A DNA stretch of 64,000 nucleotides, taken from NCBI RefSeq assembly GCF_009914755.1, contig NC_060947.1. The stretch is one strand, 5' to 3'. Position numbers and translations under genes: made by a program. A model generated the notes under the pieces. It saw nothing but the letters and a program-made list of their open reading frames with translations. It was not told the origin of the DNA and did no database searches. This document shows, in pieces, positions 32,030 through 48,126 of the stretch; within the stretch, counting starts at the first letter, position 1, and every line of letters begins with the position of its first letter. This stretch comes from the human T2T-CHM13v2.0 reference genome, Homo sapiens.

Positions 32030-34498
32030 CTTTGTTTTTAATTTTTATTTTAAGTTCAGGGGTACATGTGCAGGTTTGTCATAAGGTAAACTCATGTCAT
32101 GGGGGTTCATTGTACAGATCATTTTATCACCCAGGTATTAAGCCTAGTACCCATTAGTTATTAAAATATTTTTTCCTGATCATCTCCCTCCTCCCACCCT
32201 CCACCTTCTATGTGTCTGTGTGTTCTCATCATTTAATTCCCACTTATAAGTGAGAACATGTGGTATTCTACAACCTCTGCCTCCCGGGTTAAAGCGATTC
32301 TCGTGCCTCAGCCACCAAAGTAGCTGGGATTACAGGTGTGCACCACCTTGCCTGGCTAATTTTTGTGTTTTTAGTAGAGATGGGGTTTCGCTATATTGTC
32401 CAGGCTGGTCTTGAACTCCTGGCCTCAAGGGATGCGTCCATCTTGGCCTCCCAAAGTGCTGGGATTACAGGTGTGAGCTACCATGCCCAGTCTGGCATTT
32501 GATTTTCTGTTCCTGCATTAGTTTGCTAAGGATAATGACCTCCACTCCATTCATGTTCCTGCAAAGGACATGATCTTGTTGTTTTTTATGGCTGCATACT
32601 AACATACATTTTCTTTATCCAGTCTACCATTGACTGGCATTTAGGTTGATTCCATGTCATTGCTATTGTGAATAGTGCTTCAATGCACATGCGCGTTTAT
32701 GTATTTTTATGATAGAATGATTTATATTCCTTTGGATATATACCCCATAATGATATTGCTGGGTTGAATGGTAGTTTTGTTTTCAGGTCTTTGAGAAATT
32801 GCCACACTGTTTTCTACCATGGTTGAACTAATTTACACTCCCACCAACAGTGTATAAAGGTTCCCTTTTCTTTGCAATCTCACTAGCATCTGTTATTATT
32901 TTTTTTTGATTTTTTAATAATAGCTATTCTGACTTGTGTGAGATGGTATCTCATTGTGGTTTTGATTTGCATTTCTCTAATGATGTAAATTTTTTATATA
33001 TGCTTCTTGGCCACATGTATGTCTTCTTTTGAAAAGTGTCTCTTCATATCCTTTGCTCACATTTTAATGGGGTTGTTTTTTTTCTTGTAAATTTGTTAAA
33101 GTTCCTTATAGATGCTGGATATTAGACCTTTGTAAGTTGCATAGTTTGCAAATATTTTCTCTGGTTCCGTAGGTTGCCTGTTAACTCGATAGTTTCTTTT
33201 GCTGTGCAGAAGCTCTTTAGTTTAGTTAGATCTCATTTGTCAATTTTTGCTTTTGTTGCAATTGCTTTTGGCGTCTTTGTTATGAAATCTTTGTCCATTC
33301 CTATGTTCAGAATGGTATTACGTAGGTTTTCTTTGAGGGTTTTTATAATTTTGAGTTTTACATTACTTTTACATTTAAGTCTTTAATACATATAGAGTTG
33401 ATTTTTATATGTGAGATAAGGATGGGGTCCAGTTTCAATCTTCTACATATGGCTAACCAGTTATCCCAGCACTGTTTATTGAATTGGGAGTCCTTTTTCC
33501 ATTGCTTGTTTTTGTCGACTTTGTCAAAGATCAGATGGTTGTAGGTGTGTGGCCTTATTTCTGGGCTCTCTATTCTGCTCCATTGGTCTCTGTGTCTGTT
33601 TTTGTACCAGTACAATGCTGTTTTGGTTACTGGAGCCCTCTAGTATCATTTGAAGTTGGGTAGCATGATGCCTCCAGCTTTGTTCTTTTTGCTTAGGATT
33701 GCCATGGTTATTCAGGCTGTTTTTTTGTTTCCATATGAATTTTAAAATAGTTTTTCCTAGTTCTGTGAAGAATGTCATTGGTAGTTTGATAGGAATAGCA
33801 TTGAGTCTATTCTATGAATTGCTTTGGGCAGTATCACCATTTTAACAATATTGATTCTTCCTATTCATGAGCATGGACTGTTTCTCCATTTGTTTGTGTC
33901 ATATCTGATTTCTTTGAGCAGTGATTTGTAGTTCTTCTTGTAGAGATCTTTCGCTTCCCTAGTTAACAGTATTCCTAGATATTTATTCTTTTGTGGCAGT
34001 TCTGAATGGGATTGCCTTCCTGATTTGGCTCTTGGCTTGACTGTTGTTGGTGTATACGAATGCTAGTGACTTTTGTATGTTGATTTTTGTACACTGAGAC
34101 TTTGCTGAAGTTATTTATCAGATTAAGGAGCTTTTGGGCCGAGACTATTGGATTTTCTAGATATAGGATCATGTCATCTGCAAACAAGGATAGTTTGACT
34201 TCCTCTCCTCTTGCTTGGTTGCCCTCTATTTCTTTCTCTGGTCTGATTGCTCTGGCCAGGACTTCTAATACTATGTTGAATATGAGTGGTGAGAGAGGGC
34301 ATTCTTGTCTTGTGTCGGTTTTAAAAGGGAATGCTTCCAGCTTTGGCGCATTCAGTATGATGTTGGTTGTGGCTTTATCAGATGGCTCTTATTATTTTGA
34401 GGTATGCTCCTTCAATACCTAGTTTATTGAGAACTTTTAACATGAAGGGGTGTTAGATTTTATTGAAAGCTTTTTCTGCCCTTTAGATTATCATGTGG
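32030..34498 (-). mobile_element. 5'-truncated L1 (older L1PA), about 2.2 kb of ORF2 3' part and 3' UTR, with an internal Alu at 32268-32492
   Basis: RT motif [12 protein letters not shown] (ORF 33975..34187) and [14 protein letters not shown] (33358..33615), with frameshifts; 17-bp TSD tggaa(t/c)ccagtg(t/c)tctt at 32013-32029 and 34496-34512. Confidence 0.93.
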
Positions 34499-34674
34499 AA
34501 CCCAGTGCTCTTTGTCCTGATATTAATTTGCCTCTGCAATTGTTTACCAGTGCTATAGATAATCCAGGTAGATCAGAGGTGAGAAGAGAACCCTGTGAGA
34601 TGAAGCTGTCTAGTATAGATGGAAAGGCCTTCCTGGAAGAAGTACAGTTATCATTTGCCTGCTCTTAGTTGTAG

Positions 34675-34989
<315 letters not shown>

Positions 34990-35230
34990 TCATGCTTGTC
35001 TGTTCTTTGGTAAGTATTGCTCTGTGGCTGTGTTGTTTGTCTTCAATAAGCTGCTTGGGAGCAGGGGTTGTGTTTGGGTCAATATTCTCCCTTCATCCCC
35101 ATCAGTATCTAAGTTGCCCAGGCTCTTAGCATCCTAACTCCTTCCTCTGTGGTTGAGCAGAGACACTTGTCTCAGGCTCTGTTGAACACAGAGCCAGATG
35201 ACTAACCTGCTTCCTTTGATCTCATCCTAG

Positions 35231-35353
<123 letters not shown>

Positions 35354-36957
35354 TAGCTTCCACCACAATGCCAACAATCCATGACTTTTGCCTCTTGTCA
35401 AAGAATCTCTCTTCCTGTTCACTCCAAGATAGATCAAAATGAAGGCTGATTCCAGACTTAATATGAAAGGAGGCAAAGTTAAACTTTGGCAGCCTGCACC
35501 CTATGGTCCTGATTAATTTTATCTTTGGTCCTGAATAAGGGAGAAAAGAAAATGGTGTATATTCTATGCTAGATGCTTTAAAAATCTTAGCATATGGAGC
35601 CTTCCTTTTAACTCTGAAACATGTAAGTGATGTCTTCTCCATTTTAATGATGAGGCTCAGAAGTTAAATAACTTAATTGCACCCAAATGATATTTGGCTG
35701 GGATTTGCACTCCACATTGTTGCCACTGCACCACACTGCCTCTGTCCCATGTTTTTGCTTCCTAGTAGAAGGAAACTAACTTACTCTCCCTGAGGTAGTA
35801 AGCTCTATGCACATTTCTCTCAAAAGAATGTTGGGACTTAGGACAACATGGGAGTTGATGGATGCAGTAGGAGGCTGCTTCATCTCCTACAGGCATGCCA
35901 TGAAGATAATTGCTTACTCGCCATAGTGAAGAGGTCATTCCCATCTCCAACCCAAGGGGTGTCCCTTCATTGTGAATCATTATTGTCAGAAAGGATGTAC
36001 TGTATACTATAATAAACAGATGGCAGCTACAGACATTTTTAGCATTCAAGGGAATGTGCCGTCTGTGGCCAGACTTCTAGGAGCAAAAATGAGGCTCCCA
36101 TTTCCAGAGGCTGGGACCTCACCAGACAGGCCATTATCCTATTTCTCCACCAGACTCCGATGAAGTGGAGGTCTGAGTTATTGTCCAGGATGTTAGGCTG
36201 CATATCACCCTGATGGATTCTCCAGGCCCTCTTGCTTCCCTTTCTTCCTTGCTCTCTGTGTCCTTCTACCATATGAGAACTTCCCCAGGGTTGGAGAGAG
36301 GAAGAAAAAAAGAAGGAGGTAGTGTTCAAATAAGCTAATTCTATTCCTGTGAATACTTCTGACTGGTGAGAGAAAAGACAAGAGTAGAATGGAGACAGGG
36401 GTAGGAGAGGGCTAGAAATTTGAGGACAGCTTGGGTACACCTTCTGAGTTCTTATTACATAGAGTGGGAAAATTATTGTCTGTGGCTAATACAGATGAGA
36501 GTTAACATTTATCCAGGACTCAGTGTATGCTAAGTATTATGATAAGCATTTGACTATCACAAAGCTCTGTGAGTGCATGAATTAGTATGGGCATGTTTTA
36601 CAGATGAGGACACAAAATCCTCATTTTCCTAGTTAGACCCTGGGAAAATTATTGAACTCTCTGGGTTGGTATCTTCATCCCCTCCCCCCGAGAAATATCT
36701 AATACTTACCTCACAGGATTTTTGTGAGTGTGTTATGTTTTGTATCTTACCTGTTACTCAAAAATCTGATTATAGTGGCATATAAGGATGTCCAATCCAA
36801 AAAGATAAATTCGAAATAGGTGAGAAAGATAAGAAAACACAAATAGGAAAGAAAGTGTTAGCTGGAAGAAAGCATCCAGCATATGGTAGAGAAGTAATAA
36901 ATGATAGCTCCCTTTCCAATACCATTGTGCTTCTTGTATTATTAATTGAGCTGGAGT

Positions 36958-37260
36958 TGACGTGATGTGGTGGCTCATGTCTGTAATCCTAACACTGAGA
37001 TGGGAGGATTGCTTGAGCCCAGGGGCTCGAGACCAGCCTGGGTAACACAGCGAGACCCTGTCTCTACAAAAAATTTAAAAATTAGCATGGCATGGTGGTG
37101 CACACCTATAGTCCCAGCTACTCAGGAGATTGTGCCAGGAGGGTTGCTCAAGCCCAGGAGTTCAAGGTTACAGTGAGCTATGATCACGCCACTGTACTCC
37201 AGCCTAGGTGACAGAGCAAGACTCTGTCTCTAAAAAAAAAAAAAAAAAGTAAAGAAAAAT
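36958..37260 (+). mobile_element. AluJ-like
   Basis: gaggattgcttgagcccagg; A tail. Confidence 0.88.
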
Positions 37261-38387
37261 AATCTAGAATTGGGAGAATTGGGAGATGGGCTTAATGATC
37301 CTCAGAATATCTAACTTCAGATTTAGGTGGAACTTACTTCTCTGGAGTTTGTTTTGTGTTTGTTTTACTTTGAATGGCAAAGTGTAATCATTGATACTTA
37401 ATTGGTGAAAATACAAATTAGTCTGAGGAATATTTAAATACAAGTTTACTACAATTAAAGTGATGTGCTTACATTCACATAGCTCACAAGTGATTATGGT
37501 GCTAGTCTGGAATGACTAAATGCATTCTAATTATAATTGTGCTTTGCATTCTCTCTTCACATGGAGGTTATATTGGAGAACTTTTAAAGGGACAGCCTAG
37601 TGAAGTCAAAAGGGCCTGGATAGAAAGTCATGAATCTTGGGCTGTAGGGTTGGCTCTATCACTAATTCGCTGTGATACAAACGTTTCCCTTATTTGGGCC
37701 TCAGTTTCTCATCTGTACAATGCCTAACTTGTTTCTCAAATCTGGTTATCTCTCAGAAAATTTATCTCTGGCATTTATTTGTGCATTCCATCTCTCTTTC
37801 TCTCCCATTTCTGTTCCTAGTATTGGGATTTCAGACAATCCTTTTCTGTAAAAAGGAGAGAAATGCCTCACCTGAGTATGATCAGCTGCTGGCATATGTG
37901 AGGAGGTAGGGCTAGCTGGCAGGGGGATCATCTCTTCCTTGACAGGCTTTTTACTGTCTCTAAGACAAAAGGGAGGAAGTGTCCATAGAACACATAGGCT
38001 TTTGGGCCCTTTGCTTTAGACAGCAGTATCATTCTGGGTAGCAGCTATTAGAGAGGGAAGCGGTTAGTCAGTGCAGATTTTACAGACCAGCTGGGAGCCA
38101 GAGGCTCCTTTGACATTTACCTATACTCCTTCCAAGAGCCCTGATTCTACTAATTCCCCATCCCAAACCAGATGACGCCATCCTCTACCCTCAACACTGG
38201 GGGCTTTGTATATGTGCATTGCAGGGGGATGGCTGTGGAGGATGAGGAAGGCATGATTTGGAGCCTAGTGGGGGCAGAAAAATTCTTGAACAAAGAGGTT
38301 TATTAACTTCAAAAAACCTCAATGCCTGGTAGTTTTTTGTTAGTGTTGGTTTGGTTTGTGTGCTGTGGGTGTGGATTTGAGGGAAGT

Positions 38388-38421
38388 CCAGATAGTAGGG
38401 AACCCCAGATAGTAGGGAACC
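38388..38421. repeat. Perfect 17-bp tandem duplication CCAGATAGTAGGGAACC x2
   Basis: Read directly. Confidence 0.9.
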
Positions 38422-40209
38422 CTGGGCAGATTGGTATGCTAGTTCTGAATGCTACTGCTTCCAAAACAAAGCCTTTGGGAGACTTGGAAACCAAGAAGTC
38501 CATGACTTCTCATCATTGTTATCTTGAGAAGTATCATTTATTGAGCACATACTATGGCCTATTCCTGGCTAGGCGCTTTAATCCTCACAATGCTCCTGCC
38601 TCTGTGAGGTGAAAGAACATACTCTAGGTCATGTAGTTAGTAAGTTGTGATATGGAATTTTGAATACAACTCTGATCACAAAACTATACTTTTCCTGCAC
38701 TGCACTACTCTGTTTGGGGTGATTGGGAGTATTCAACTTAGAGAAGACTCAAGGAAGATATGCTTTCTGTCTTCAGACCTCTGAAGGACTATCATAAGAA
38801 GGAGGGGGGCAGTCACATTCTGTGAGTCAGAGGGACAGAGGTGGACCCCACAGGTGAGAAAATACAGGGAAAAAGATTTGAACTCAAGGAATTGAGCATT
38901 TGGCCCTCTTGAGGCCAAGGCAGGTCAGGTCAGGAATCAGTAGAGTTATGTGTTCATAGGCATTTGGGGGATGTGAGCTCTTCTCTCTCTAACTTGATGA
39001 GGCATAAGGGAGGAAGTCCGTTCTGTCTGGCTCTTGGGACCCATCATTCAAGGAGGCCCTCCTGGTAGAGCCTGGGCCTGGGAGGAAGGAGCTAGACTCC
39101 TTGGCAGGAATTGGCAAAAGCTTTATGGCCATCCTGGAACGCAGCAGTCATCTGGCCAATGACCAGAGAGGAAGCCAACCAGAGAGGAAGTACTCCTTGG
39201 CACCAGCAATAAATAATAGGCAACAATGGGATGCCATAGCTTGAGGAAGTCTAGGGCCTGGTGGGAAAGGGAAGTAGGACTCATAGTTTGTCTCATTTAC
39301 CTCTCTTCTTGTGAGTGTGCTACAGCTAGAGGGGAGAGAGAACATGTTTTGCTATAGTGATTTTGTCACTTGCTTCAACTTCTAAAGCTTTTGATCTTGG
39401 ATTACCTAGGTGCCACTAAAGGGCTGTGCTCAAGGACAGAGGTGAAATCTCAAAGCATCGATTCATTCATCTATTTACTGATTCATTTAATATTGACTGA
39501 AGGTCTACACTGTCGAACACCATCTCTGTTCTTCAGGAACTTGGAGTTCCTTACCTATAAAAGCATAGAAAGGCACATGCAACTCTCTACCCACAAAGAA
39601 AGAAATAAACGCCCTTGAGGTCAGGTTCCATGGGGTGATATATAAAGCATAGGATTTAGAACCAGCCCTGAGTTCAAATTCTGTCCTGTTACTTCGCTGT
39701 GTGACCTTGGATGGCTCATTTAGCCTCTCAGTACTTTCCTTTCCTTTGTAAAATGATAATCATGCTAATCTCAGATTTTGTGATTTAATCCTCAAATAAG
39801 TAAAATGCCTGGTGCATACCAAGCATTCTAATATTGGTGGTTCTTATTAAGGACTAAAGTAGGTGGCATTGCCCTGAGAGTTCAGATGAGGGAGCTATGA
39901 AATCAGGAAGTTCTTCTGGCTCAGTAAAGTACTTAGGACTTGAATACTCTGCAATAAGGACAGTAAACCTTTTTTTTTTTCATTTTATAAAATAACTAAC
40001 ATATATTATAGTAGGAGGATCTCCATCTTACAGATGAGGAACTGAGGCTTACAGAGGTGAAATTATCTGTTTAAGGTCATATAGCTAGGAAGTGGTATAG
40101 CTGGGGCTTAAACCAGGGCACATAGCATTTCCAGTTTTTCTAATGCTTTTGATCAACTGTCCTCTGGAACCTTCTTCCACTTTACCTGCTTCCAAAACTT
40201 AGAACCCTA

Positions 40210-40556
<347 letters not shown>

Positions 40557-40814
40557 TTATAGAGCAGGTGACCACTTGACCACAGGCAATGTGTAATAAC
40601 AGAAACAGCAATAGTGGTAGCCCATCTTGGTGCTTTCCAGTGGTGCAATAATTTGCTTTCAGGTGGGTGGCTGATGCAGATGCTGCCAAATCTGTAATGG
40701 TATCTTGGGGGTCTCAGGTGTTTGGGCATTGATGCAGTTTTGCACATTGTTTCTCACACAGTTCTTCTCTTGTGGCTCCAGCATTACTCCCTCATTCTCC
40801 TCTAGGCGTGCACG

Positions 40815-40817
<3 letters not shown>

Positions 40818-40858
<41 letters not shown>

Positions 40859-41131
40859 GAGACAAGGTCTCGCTCCGTCACCCAGGCTGGAGTGCAGTGG
40901 TGTGATCTCACTGCAACCTTCGCACCCCACAGTCTCAAGTGATCCTCCCACTTCAGCCTTCCAAGTAGCTGGGACCACAGGTGCCCACACCAGCTATCTT
41001 TTTGTATTTTTAGTAGAGATGGGGTCTCACCATGTTGCCTGGGCTGGTCTCGAACTCCTGAGCTCAAAAGATCTGCCCCGCCCCAGCCTCCCAAAATGCT
41101 GGGATTACAGGATGAGCCACTGCGCCCGGCC
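40818..41131 (-). mobile_element. AluJ-like with a (TG)19 tract at the tail position
   Basis: (TG)n at 40818-40855 directly abuts ggagacaaggtctcgctc. Confidence 0.88.
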
Positions 41132-41134
41132 ATG

Positions 41135-41299
41135 CTCTGGGCTTTTGAAGTGGCTGATGACATCACTAGTTTGTTTACTCAGATAAATGCATGGGGGATT
41201 CAAGAAGAGAATTTCTGGGCTTTTGAAGTGGCTGATGACATCACTAGTTTGTTTACTCAGATAAATGCATGGGGGATTCAAGAAGAGAATCTCTGGGCT
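41135..41299. repeat. 78-bp tandem duplication (two copies plus a 9-bp partial)
   Basis: 41136-41212 is identical to 41214-41290; tctgggct at all three junctions. Confidence 0.96.
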
Positions 41300-42503
41300 C
41301 CTAAGCTGACCTGATCTCCGCTCCCCTCTACAGACCTCAGATGTAGGTTGCCTCCACATGTCAAAAGGAGGTAAAGGGTTTTTTTTTCTTGCTTCCAGAA
41401 GCTCCTGATAATTAACGAGGATGTACTCCAAGGCAGATCTTTTCTTTTCACTGCACCTCAGTTTTCCATTTTATGTTGCTTGAACCCTGTAACTCTCCAC
41501 AGTCATGGAGCTGAGTAGAATACACAACCTCCAGTTTCTTAAGCTAGTGTCTTAAAAACTGAAGTCCTACTTTCTTTAGGTGTATGGGGCAGGTTCCAGG
41601 AGGGATACAAAGCTGTGAGATGAATGTGGTTTAGTATTCTAGAGCATTAATTTTACTTGCAATAATTTTAAAAATTCATTATTTATGGAGTAGAATATAA
41701 AATTTGCACAAATAATTAAACCTGAGGCTTCAAAGAAATTATAGCTGGGTTACAGCCATCTACCTATTATCTCCCCCTACCCCATCCTACCACACCCCCT
41801 ATGTCCCTTGGGTATATGCATTCATTATTTTCTGCTGCTTAAGGATTTTTTCCATGGGAGCTTTGAGAAATACTGGCTCAGATCCGATAAGCTGGCTGTC
41901 GGGTCAAAGGGAGCCAATAAAGAATTTTCTTTTTCCTCAGGGATAGGACCATTTCTCAGAGTGGAATGATAAGGACCCTAGTCACTGGAGCCACAGAGGT
42001 TATTCCTGGAACTGGAAGCTAGATGCTAAGCTCTCACTTGAAAATAAGGTTTCTCTTTCCTCTGGAATGGAGGTCTCAACTGGAAGCAAAGCTGGAAGCA
42101 AGAAAAACTTGGCTTGGAAAAGGGGTTTAGAGTTGCCTGATAAAATGGTTCACAGCACCCCCATGGGCCTTAGAGATTTCCTTGTAGCCTGGGGTCAGGA
42201 GTCATCCATTTTTGTTCTTTGTTCTTTTTCAGTTTCAATTCTGATTTCAGACCATATTTCCTTCCCGCCACGTCCTCAATTTCTCACTTTGAGACTTCAG
42301 TGCAGGCTGAGAGATATTACTCATCTCTTTAAGCCCTAGAGCCTAAGGAAGTGGAACATTTATGTTTCTGATTTCTTTATGTTCACAAAGGAAGAGACAG
42401 TGCTCAGAGAGATCACCCTCCCTCCCCCCAGCACTGAGCCTGAATTCTCTCTTTTTTTTTTTTTGACATCACTTTAGGTATTACTTTGCCCAACTTCTCC
42501 TGA

Positions 42504-43714
<1,211 letters not shown>

Positions 43715-46226
43715 CTGCTCTACTACTTCTGTTCCAAGTCTGTTCTCCCCCCATGACCTAATATCCTGGCCCTCATGGTCCATCTTCTTCTCTTCAGCAT
43801 CTTCAGTGGGTCTTCTCTCTCTCTCTCTTTTTTTTTCTCTCTCTCTCAGCTGGATTGTTTCTTGGATCTTGCCTTTTCCCACCAATTGCATCTGGACACA
43901 CTATTCTTCTGCAACCCTGTGGAAAATGATTAGAACTGTTAATTGGGCCTTGGGCCCTGTTTAGATCTAGGATGATATACAAGGTGCTTTAAAAAAATCT
44001 TTTCTGTTCACGCCCACCCACTACCTTCATCCTCTGCAAAAAGCCAATATTACATTTCAACATAAGCATTCACATTTCTCCATCTGAAACTTTCTGGCAG
44101 TTCCAGCTGCCTATTGACTTAGAGTCAGGGAATCAACTGGCCATTGAATTCTGGAAGCCTTTTGAACTTTCCTCATTACCTCCCACCCCCACTGATCTTT
44201 TCTAAACATGTTTCTAATTATCCACATCAGCAAGAGGTAGCTGGGAAATGGGATTGTTTTTATTAACCATTTGCAAAATAACCTTGTAATGTAATTAGTA
44301 CAATGATAGAACTTAAGAGAAAAAAGAGATCATTGAAGCCATACTCCCCAATTTGGATAGATAAGGAAGGCGAGGCCCAGAGAGGAAATATGCTACCTTG
44401 ATATCATACAGCTAGTTGGAGACAGACATGAACATTTTGCTCAGGTTTCCTGATACTTGATCCAAGCTATGAAGGGGAAGGGTGACCTGGTGAGCAATGA
44501 AGGTCGATGACTTGGGGGACATGGCTTCTCCCCAAAGTGGTTGTCGCTTGGGTCTAGTGGGAATGCCAGGAAGCATATCTCGATGCAGAAGTGATCAAAG
44601 TTTATTACCTGGATGGGAAATTTGGGCCAAAGGAGAGACAAGGCAATTAATCACTTGAGAAGCTCAGGAGTCGTAAGCTCATATGAGTACTTGGCATTAG
44701 GACATAGCATGCTAGAGAAGAAAAGGTACAAGCTCTATAGTCAGACACATCATGGTTCTATATGGCTCTGTAATTTTAGATGCATTACCTCTCTAAGCCT
44801 TAGTTCCTCATCTATAATATGGGTATAATTGCTATCTCACAGGGTTGTTTACTGTTCAGCGCCTGACACATGATTGGTGCTTAATAAATATGAGCTACTT
44901 TTTTCTTTGGGGTCTCTGAAGCTCTAGATTGTAAACTCTGGGTGTGACTGTGGGGCCTGACTTTGGATGCATAATAGAAACTTTGTGGATACAGTGTTAG
45001 TGTGTGTATGTGTGTCTTTGTGAGTGAGTGTGTGTGTGCATGTGTGTGTGTGTATTTTGAAGGGAGATATTAATTTGTTCATAAGGGAAGGACATCAGCA
45101 AAACTGGGTCCTTGTTCCCTGCTTCCATCTCCAGGTATATTTCTATGATTCTTTCTCACCTTACCCTTACCCTCCACTTGCATCCTTCTCCCAAAAAACA
45201 AAATAAAAAAGACTGCCTAAGGCCAGCCTGACCTCATTAGGATGTGGCTCAGCTTCACTGCTGCCATCGACAGTGGTGGGTATGCTGGGGTTGAGCTGAG
45301 GGCCAGACTATTAACATGCTAATGTCAGGGACTAGAGAACAGAGCTCATCTGTGTTCTCTTGGCAAGCCTCCTTTTCCTGCCCACTGTTCAGCCAGGAGG
45401 CTCAGGACAACAGGGGGCACCTCAGCTGCTACACTGAGGTACTTACCCTATTTCTACCCTCATTTCCACCCTAAACCTGTGTAAGAGGAATCATGACTTG
45501 GCTCTGATCAGGGTTGGAAAAAATCCTCTCAGAACCCAGGCACAGCATGGCTTCAGAGTCCTTCACAATCCCCGTTTTATCTTCTCAAACATTCTTTATT
45601 TGGGGTATTGTAAATGGAACTCAGTCTTAAGGGTGTGGGTATTACCCCCAGTTGCTAAGGATGAAGGACAATATATGGGAGTGGCCCAAGAGAACAAGAT
45701 ACAGGAGTTAATCCAACAATCTCCACCTTCAGCCTTTAATCCATCATGGAAGTGGGAAGTGGTGTGACATTGTAGAGGGAAGGAGGAGGTGGCAGAAATC
45801 ACTGGATATGCATGGATTTGGAGTCAAACAGACCTGGTTTGAACCCTAATTCTGTCACTCACAACCTGAAACTTGGGCAAGTTATTTCATTTATTTGAAC
45901 CTCATTTTTGATATCTATAAAATGGGCCTAATTGTAAGTCTAGCATAGGGGTATTATGAAAATTAAAGGAGATGATGGATGTAAGGTTCTTGGTATGTGT
46001 CAGTGCTCATAAGTAATAGATCCCTTTCCTGCCTCAGCAGTACTTTGTGCAGAGAGATGCCGACATCAGTTCTTGATTGCTGCTCAAGTATATTTTCTTG
46101 CCAGATGCTGAGCACCTTAAACCCTTTAAGGGCAGATATAATATTGACTTCAAACTTTGTGTCCTCTGTGCCTCACACAGAGGAAGTATTCAATCAATGG
46201 TTGGTTGTTTTGGTTTTCTCTTCTAG

Positions 46227-46514
<288 letters not shown>

Positions 46515-46689
46515 TGACTTCTAACAGCGACAATGGCCAGCATTCAAAGAAGAAGAGACTCTTTTCTTTCTAATGGGAACACTAGCTTGAACTTTGACTT
46601 GTTTTGGATCAAATCCATTAGTGGCTTTTCAAGAGAGGATTGGTATCCCCTTCATCTCTCCAAACTCAATGGCTTTAGGGGATTTGTGT

Positions 46690-47005
<316 letters not shown>

Positions 47006-47763
47006 GGGGATTTGTTAAAAAGAGCCACAGATTCTTGAACTAGAAAAAAAAAAATCTGAAAGATCTTACAGTCTTATGCTGCACCTTCTCCAGCAGTCAA
47101 CTAATGTCTGAACCCCATATAGATGTTTCCCTCTTTCTTGATCTTTTACCTCAGTTGGACCCCAAATGGGATGGTTTGAGTCCATGCAAGCTCTCCACCC
47201 CAAGCAGCATCTTCACGGGAACCTGGCAGCCTTCCATCTTCGTATCCTCAAACTGGCTGGCCTTGTCCTTAGAAGTCTCCATACTGTCCTGCAGTTTGCT
47301 TCTCTGATTGTGTCTAGGGAGTAGGTACCCCACCTTCTGCTGGTAGAGTCTTGTTTTCCTAAAGAGTTGAGTCTTTTGCTGGACAAGTGTGGAGCCACTA
47401 GTATTCCATTTCAGGCTTTAAAAAATGGTCTAATTTGTGCTCTTGTTTAGCCAGTTCTCAGTCCTCAGACATATATCCTAGTCCTTACTTTGCTAATTTA
47501 TGAAGTTGGAGGAGACTTATAAGACGAGCTTAAAAGAAGAGCTTATGCCTACTATCAGAATTTGGGGATAGTTGGATATAGTCAGATAAAAGTGGTTTGA
47601 AGATTTCTGATCATCAGTCGGTATTAAGGTAATTTCAGGAAGAAATTCCCAACAGAAAGTGATTACAGACATGGGATTCAGTCCCCAGTGAAAGTAATGT
47701 ATTATTTTTCTTAATTACCAGGGGAGTTGCCACCCAGCTGTCTAAGATTATGCAAATTGATGA

Positions 47764-48126
<363 letters not shown>

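Noticed and set aside
33174-34422. Reverse-transcriptase-like ORFs (FADD motif) as a novel RT system
   Set aside because: Frameshifted remnants of a 5'-truncated L1 ORF2
41096-41431. ORFs with a 26-aa repeat, or a CRISPR-like array
   Set aside because: Result of the 78-bp (3n) duplication next to an Alu; no spacers and a eukaryotic context
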